Assembly: GCA_963739455.1 (NCBI GenBank)
Contig: CAVUAK010000001.1
Span: forward strand, 768,001 to 832,000
Direction: 5' to 3'
From: an uncultured Gemmatimonadales bacterium
Lineage (GTDB): Bacteria > Gemmatimonadota > Gemmatimonadetes > Gemmatimonadales > GWC2-71-9
Length of the DNA: 64,000 bases
Positions 59,818-64,000 of the stretch are shown here, piece after piece. A program made the position numbers and the translations under genes. The notes beneath the pieces were generated by a model, which saw only the letters and a program-made list of their open reading frames with translations, was not told the DNA's origin and searched no databases. Positions within the stretch are counted from its first letter, which is position 1; every line of letters starts with the position of its first letter.

Positions 59818-61315
59818 GCGGCGCCTCGGAACCAAGCATGAGCGCGCCAATTTCCGCCCGCGTCGCTCCAGCGGCGGCCTCCCGCAGTGTCCCCCGCACC
59901 ATCACCACAATCCGCTGCCCCAGCGCAATCACTTCATCCAGGTCGTTCGAGTACAGCAGCACCGCCACCCCACGCGCCGCCGCCTCGCGCAGCCGTTCAT
60001 GAACTTCCCGCGTCGCCAGCACATCCAACCCCCGCGTCGGGTTCTCCGCGATGAGCACTTCCGGCAGCCGCTCCAGTGCCCGCGCGATGATCAGCTTCTG
60101 CTGGTTCCCGCCGCTCAGCGTTGCCGCCGCCACGTCCGGCCCCGCCGCGCGAACCCCGAACTCCTCGATCATCTCGCCCGTGCGCCGACGCGCCGCTCTT
60201 CCAGTCGAGCCGCCCCCGCTTCACCCAGTCGGCCGATCGCCCCAGTCCCAGCACCACATTCTCGGTCAGCGAAAGCTCCGGGATCAATCCCTCGGTTGTC
60301 CGGTCCTCCGGAATGAACGCGATCGGCTGTGATACCTCGCGCGTGCCCCGGAACACCGGCAGAACCCCCGCAATCGCGCGCAACAGCTCCCGCTGCCCGC
60401 TGCCCTCAATCCCCGCCATCGCGACGATCTCTCCCGCGCGCATCCCGAGCGACGCCTGCCTCACCGCCATCCCCAGCCCCGAGTCCCGCGCCACTTCGAG
60501 CCCCGCGACATGCACCCGTCTCGGCGCATCCTCCACGACGAACCGGGTCGGCTTCGGCTCATCCAGGCTGGTGGCTTCCCCAATCATCGCCTGCGTCAAC
60601 TCTCGAATCCCGCTCGCTGCTTCCTGTTCCCTGTTCCCTGTTCCCTGTTCCCGCAGTTCCTTCTCCAGCACCACACTCCCCCTGCGCAGCACCGTCACCC
60701 GGTCCGCCCCCCGAGCGCTTCATCCAGCTTGTGCGTGATGAGCACCACTGCGCCGCCTGCCTCCGCAAACGCCCGCGCCCGTGCCAGCAGCTCCTCTACC
60801 TCGCTCGGCGCCAGCACCCCGGTGGGCTCATCCAGCAGCAGCACCCGCGCATCCGCTGCGAGTGCCTTCACGATCTCCAGTCGCTGCAGCAGTGCCACCG
60901 GCAAGCTGCCAGCCCGGGCGTCGGGATCGAGCTGGAGGTTGAGCCGATCCGTCAGGGTACTCACCCGGGTCTTCAATTCCCGCGGACGCACATCCCACCC
61001 GGCAAAGAGCGCGATGTTCTCCGCCACCGTGAGCGCCGGGATCGACGTGAAGTGCTGGTGCACCAGGCCGACGCCCGCCTCTCGCGCGTCGCGCGGCGAG
61101 CGCAGTCGCCTCGCGATGCCGTCGATGAGGATCTCCCCCGCGTCCGGGGACAACATTCCCGCGGCCACGTGCATCAACGTTGTCTTCCCCGCGCCATTTT
61201 CCCCCAGCAACGCATGCACCTCACCGGCGCGCACGACAAGACCGGCACCCGTGAGCGCCTGCACCGTGCCGAATCGCTTGTGGATGTTGCGGAGTTCGAG
61301 AATCGGCCCGGTCAC
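59807..61315 (-). CDS. Sugar/nucleoside ABC transporter ATP-binding protein (apparent frameshifts near 60712 and 60195)
   Basis: GENGAGKTT, LLDEPT, ITHKL, IPEDR, LSGGNQQK, NPTRGLD. Confidence 0.9.
60623..60660. repeat. CCCTGTT/GGGAACA heptamer array inside the ABC ATPase linker
   Basis: CCTGTTC x4; encodes EQGTGNREQE on the minus strand. Confidence 0.8.
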
Positions 61316-62094
61316 ATGCCGGTGGGATGATCGTGGAAGGCGTACGGCAGGCCGAACCTGGCGCCGAGGTGCTCCGCGAGCGCTCGCACCCCCACCGTCT
61401 CCGTGGCATAGTGCCCGGCGTGAAACACGTTCACCCCGAACTCCATCGCATCGAAGTAGGTGTGATGCGGACCCTCACCGGTAATGAAGGTGTCGAGCCC
61501 GGCGTCGCGCGCCTCCTTCACCATCGTGCCGGCACCACCCGTCACGATGCCCACACGCTGTACCTTGGCCGGGCCACCGGCAATGAGGCGCGGGGGCTCC
61601 GACAGGCCGAGTACTGCCATGAGACGGGCCGAGATCGCCTCGCGTGTTGCCGCATCCGGTGGCGCGAGACCCCAAACGCCGATCGGGTTTCCGCGATGAC
61701 TGCCGAATGGTCCCTGCAGTTCCAGCCCAAGCAGTCGCGCCAGCACCGCATTATTGCCCACCTCGGCGTGCGCATCGAGCGGCAGGTGTGACGAGTACAC
61801 CGCGACATCATGGGTGATCAGTGCGCGAAGCCGGCGGAACCGCCGCCCCGTGACCGGGAGGTTGCCGTCGAAGAAGAGACCGTGATGCACCAGCAGCAGC
61901 GGTGAACCTCCGAGTGCCGCCACACCATCGATGGTTGCCTGCGAGGCATCCACCGCCGCCACGATCCGGTCGATGGTGCCGCTGTTCTCCACCTGGAGGC
62001 CGTTCACCGCGCCCTCGTAGTCCGGCACCTCGCGGACGCGCAGGTACCCATCCAGGTACGCCACCACCTCGGCGAGGGCCACCGCCTGGCTCAC
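61312..62094 (-). CDS. Nif3-like dinuclear metal centre protein (DUF34)
   Basis: NGLQV, AVDAS, VHHG, HLPLDAH..VGNN, ITGE, GHYATE. Confidence 0.93.
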   Translation of the reverse strand: MSQAVALAEVVAYLDGYLRVREVPDYEGAVNGLQVENSGTIDRIVAAVDASQATIDGVAALGGSPLLLVHHGLFFDGNLPVTGRRFRRLRALITHDVAVYSSHLPLDAHAEVGNNAVLARLLGLELQGPFGSHRGNPIGVWGLAPPDAATREAISARLMAVLGLSEPPRLIAGGPAKVQRVGIVTGGAGTMVKEARDAGLDTFITGEGPHHTYFDAMEFGVNVFHAGHYATETVGVRALAEHLGARFGLPYAFHDHPTGM

Positions 62095-63099
62095 TTGGAG
62101 CCCTTGGCAGCGCGCGATGCGCGCATCGGCCTGGGCGGCTCCGCCGGGCGCAGCGTGCCCGCAATGATCGAGTCGCGCGCGGATTGCATCTGCGCCCCGA
62201 GATCAGGCGGCAGGCTCCCCGCAAACGCTGGGTTCGGTTCGTAGCGCACCACGCCACCCTCGAGTCCGAACACGATCACGCGGGGCTTGAAGTGCCCCTT
62301 CTGGACCTCGCGTGCTACCGCGAGGAATGCCCGCGGCAGGTCGATCATCGCCGATCCCGGAACCTGCGCCGGCGCCAGTCCCGACTGGTCTGCATTCGCA
62401 CCGAACACCAGTACCCCAGGCGTCTCCTTCGCCGCCTGGAACACCCCGAGCGCCGCCGCATCGGCATTGTGGTGGAACACATCCACTCCCGACGCGGATC
62501 AGCGCCAGCGCTGCTTCGCGCCCGAGTGCCGCATCATCCCAGTTGTTGAGGTAGGTGGACCGGCTCTGCACCGCTGGATTCACTGCCCGGGCCCCGTTCA
62601 CCCACCCGTCGTATGCCGCTTTCACCGGCGGCAGCTCCACACCACCCACGAACCCGATGGTGTTCGACCTGGTCAGTCGCCCTGCCACCATCCCTGCGAG
62701 GTAGCTCGCCTCTTCCAGCCGGAAGATGAGCGGTGCTACATTGTGCAGCGTGCGGGCACCCGATGTGACAATGAAGACAGTGCGCGGATACTCGACGCTC
62801 ACCCGCTCCGCGGCATCCTGGAACTCGTATCCGTGCGCGAACACCAGCGGGTAGCCCTGTGCCGCATAGGCACGCAGTGCTTCCTCCTGCGACGCCGGGG
62901 TCCGCGCCTCCACATGACTCACCATCACATCGAGCGAGTCGTGGATCGCCTCCAGCCCGTGATACGCCCCTGAGTTCCACGCAGCATCGGTAATCGAGCC
63001 CGGCGTGATCAGCCCTACCCGGAAGCCCTCCGGTGGTGCGGGGGCCCGCGTGCACGCCGCGAGGGCCAGCAGTGCGCTGAGCCAGCGAGCGGACCTCAC
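62091..63099 (-). CDS. BMP family ABC substrate-binding lipoprotein (apparent frameshift near 62485)
   Basis: LAAC lipobox, GSITDAAWN, HGYEF, SYLAG.VA, GFVGG, DV..HNAD; GTGA overlap with bactofilin. Confidence 0.88.
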
Positions 63100-63497
63100 G
63101 ACGACGCGCGCGTCTCCGTGTCCATCCGTACCTCGCCAGTTACCCGGGCTCCCTCCAGGATCGCAATGCGCTGCGTCATGATGTCGCCATCGATGACCGC
63201 CGTCGCCTGAAGCTCCACCCGCTCGGAGGCGTGAATGGTGCCCTTCACCTGGCCACCGATGACGCATTCCTTGGTGTGCAGGTCACCCTCCACCATCGAG
63301 CCGGGCGCCACCAGGATCTGGCTCCCCGCGCGGATCGTCCCCTTCACCTTTCCCTCGACCTTCACCACCCCCTCGGCCTCCAGGTCACCCGTGACCGTGA
63401 GGTCGTGCGCCACGATCGACAGCGGCATCTGGTCGCTGGCACGCCGGCGGGGAGCCTCGCTCGAGCCTTCCTTGCTTCCGGTAAAGATCGACATCAC
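63096..63497 (-). CDS. Bactofilin (polymer-forming cytoskeletal protein)
   Basis: Beta-helix repeats VTGDL/VKGTI/VEGDL/IDGDI. Confidence 0.92.
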   Translation of the reverse strand: MMSIFTGSKEGSSEAPRRRASDQMPLSIVAHDLTVTGDLEAEGVVKVEGKVKGTIRAGSQILVAPGSMVEGDLHTKECVIGGQVKGTIHASERVELQATAVIDGDIMTQRIAILEGARVTGEVRMDTETRASS

Positions 63498-64000
63498 CCC
63501 TCCTGTTTCACGAGCGTAAGCGGATCGATGGCGGCTCCCTTGAGCCGGATCTCGAAGTGCAGGTGCGGCGCGCTCGATCGACCGCTATTGCCGGCGAGGC
63601 CGATGACCTCGCCCGGTTCGATCGTGGCGCCCTTGTGAGTCACGATGCGGGACAGGTGCCCGTACAGCGTCTGGTACTCGTCCGGATGCTGGATCAGCAC
63701 GAAGTTCCCGAACTCCGGGTCCTGGCCCGCGTCCAGCACCGTCCCACCGCCGGCGGCGCGCACGATGCTTCCCGTGGCCACCGCGATGTCCACCCCTTCG
63801 TGCGGGCCATCGGGATCGGTCGCTGAACGGCCGCGCGTCATGTAGCTGGGATCGTCGAGCGGCCAGAACGCCGGCACCGACGCGCCGGTGGGGAAGCGGC
63901 GTGACAGCGCGGTGTTGGCCCGTACCGGAGGGGCCAGCGGCAGTGTTGAGGAGCCGCGTCCCAGCGCCGGCATCACGTCGCCGCCGATCATGCCGCGCAC
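63494..64000 (-). CDS. M23 family metallopeptidase (C-terminal part, truncated by window edge)
   Basis: HEGVD, TLYGHL, GNSGRSSAPHLHFEI. Confidence 0.92.
   Translation of the reverse strand: MRGMIGGDVMPALGRGSSTLPLAPPVRANTALSRRFPTGASVPAFWPLDDPSYMTRGRSATDPDGPHEGVDIAVATGSIVRAAGGGTVLDAGQDPEFGNFVLIQHPDEYQTLYGHLSRIVTHKGATIEPGEVIGLAGNSGRSSAPHLHFEIRLKGAAIDPLTLVKQEG

Overview
High-GC, gene-dense bacterial chromosome segment. Gene content and style suggest Gemmatimonadota, but this is an inference and was not tested. About 65 CDSs, mostly core or lifestyle genes. These include a KamA-type radical SAM gene with an upstream GNAT, fbaB, a divergent EF-G paralogue, queG, ndh, ltaE and plsC. There is also a copZ-copA-csoR unit, a TonB-dependent receptor locus facing a HupE/UreJ-M1 peptidase-DUF6702 unit, many secreted peptidases and lipoproteins, a mobile mystery protein A/B pair, and a translationally coupled M23-bactofilin-BMP-Nif3-ABC-PnuC operon. 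Roughly 20 single-base frameshifts interrupt otherwise intact genes. They are most likely long-read indel errors, so these genes are reported as CDSs. No rRNA, tRNA, CRISPR array, transposase or integrase was recognised. Most notable observations: (i) a probable RAPP-type ribosome-arrest leader directly upstream of the TonB receptor; (ii) a kinase-less sigma54 activator with a pseudo-receiver, co-encoded with a TPR protein and two DxDxDG lipoproteins, plus two candidate sigma54 promoters elsewhere; (iii) several families of 7-, 8- and 9-mer tandem repeats at gene junctions, some translated; (iv) SD-sequestering RNA structures upstream of the EF-G paralogue and a coiled-coil lipoprotein; (v) a REPIN-like nested palindrome.
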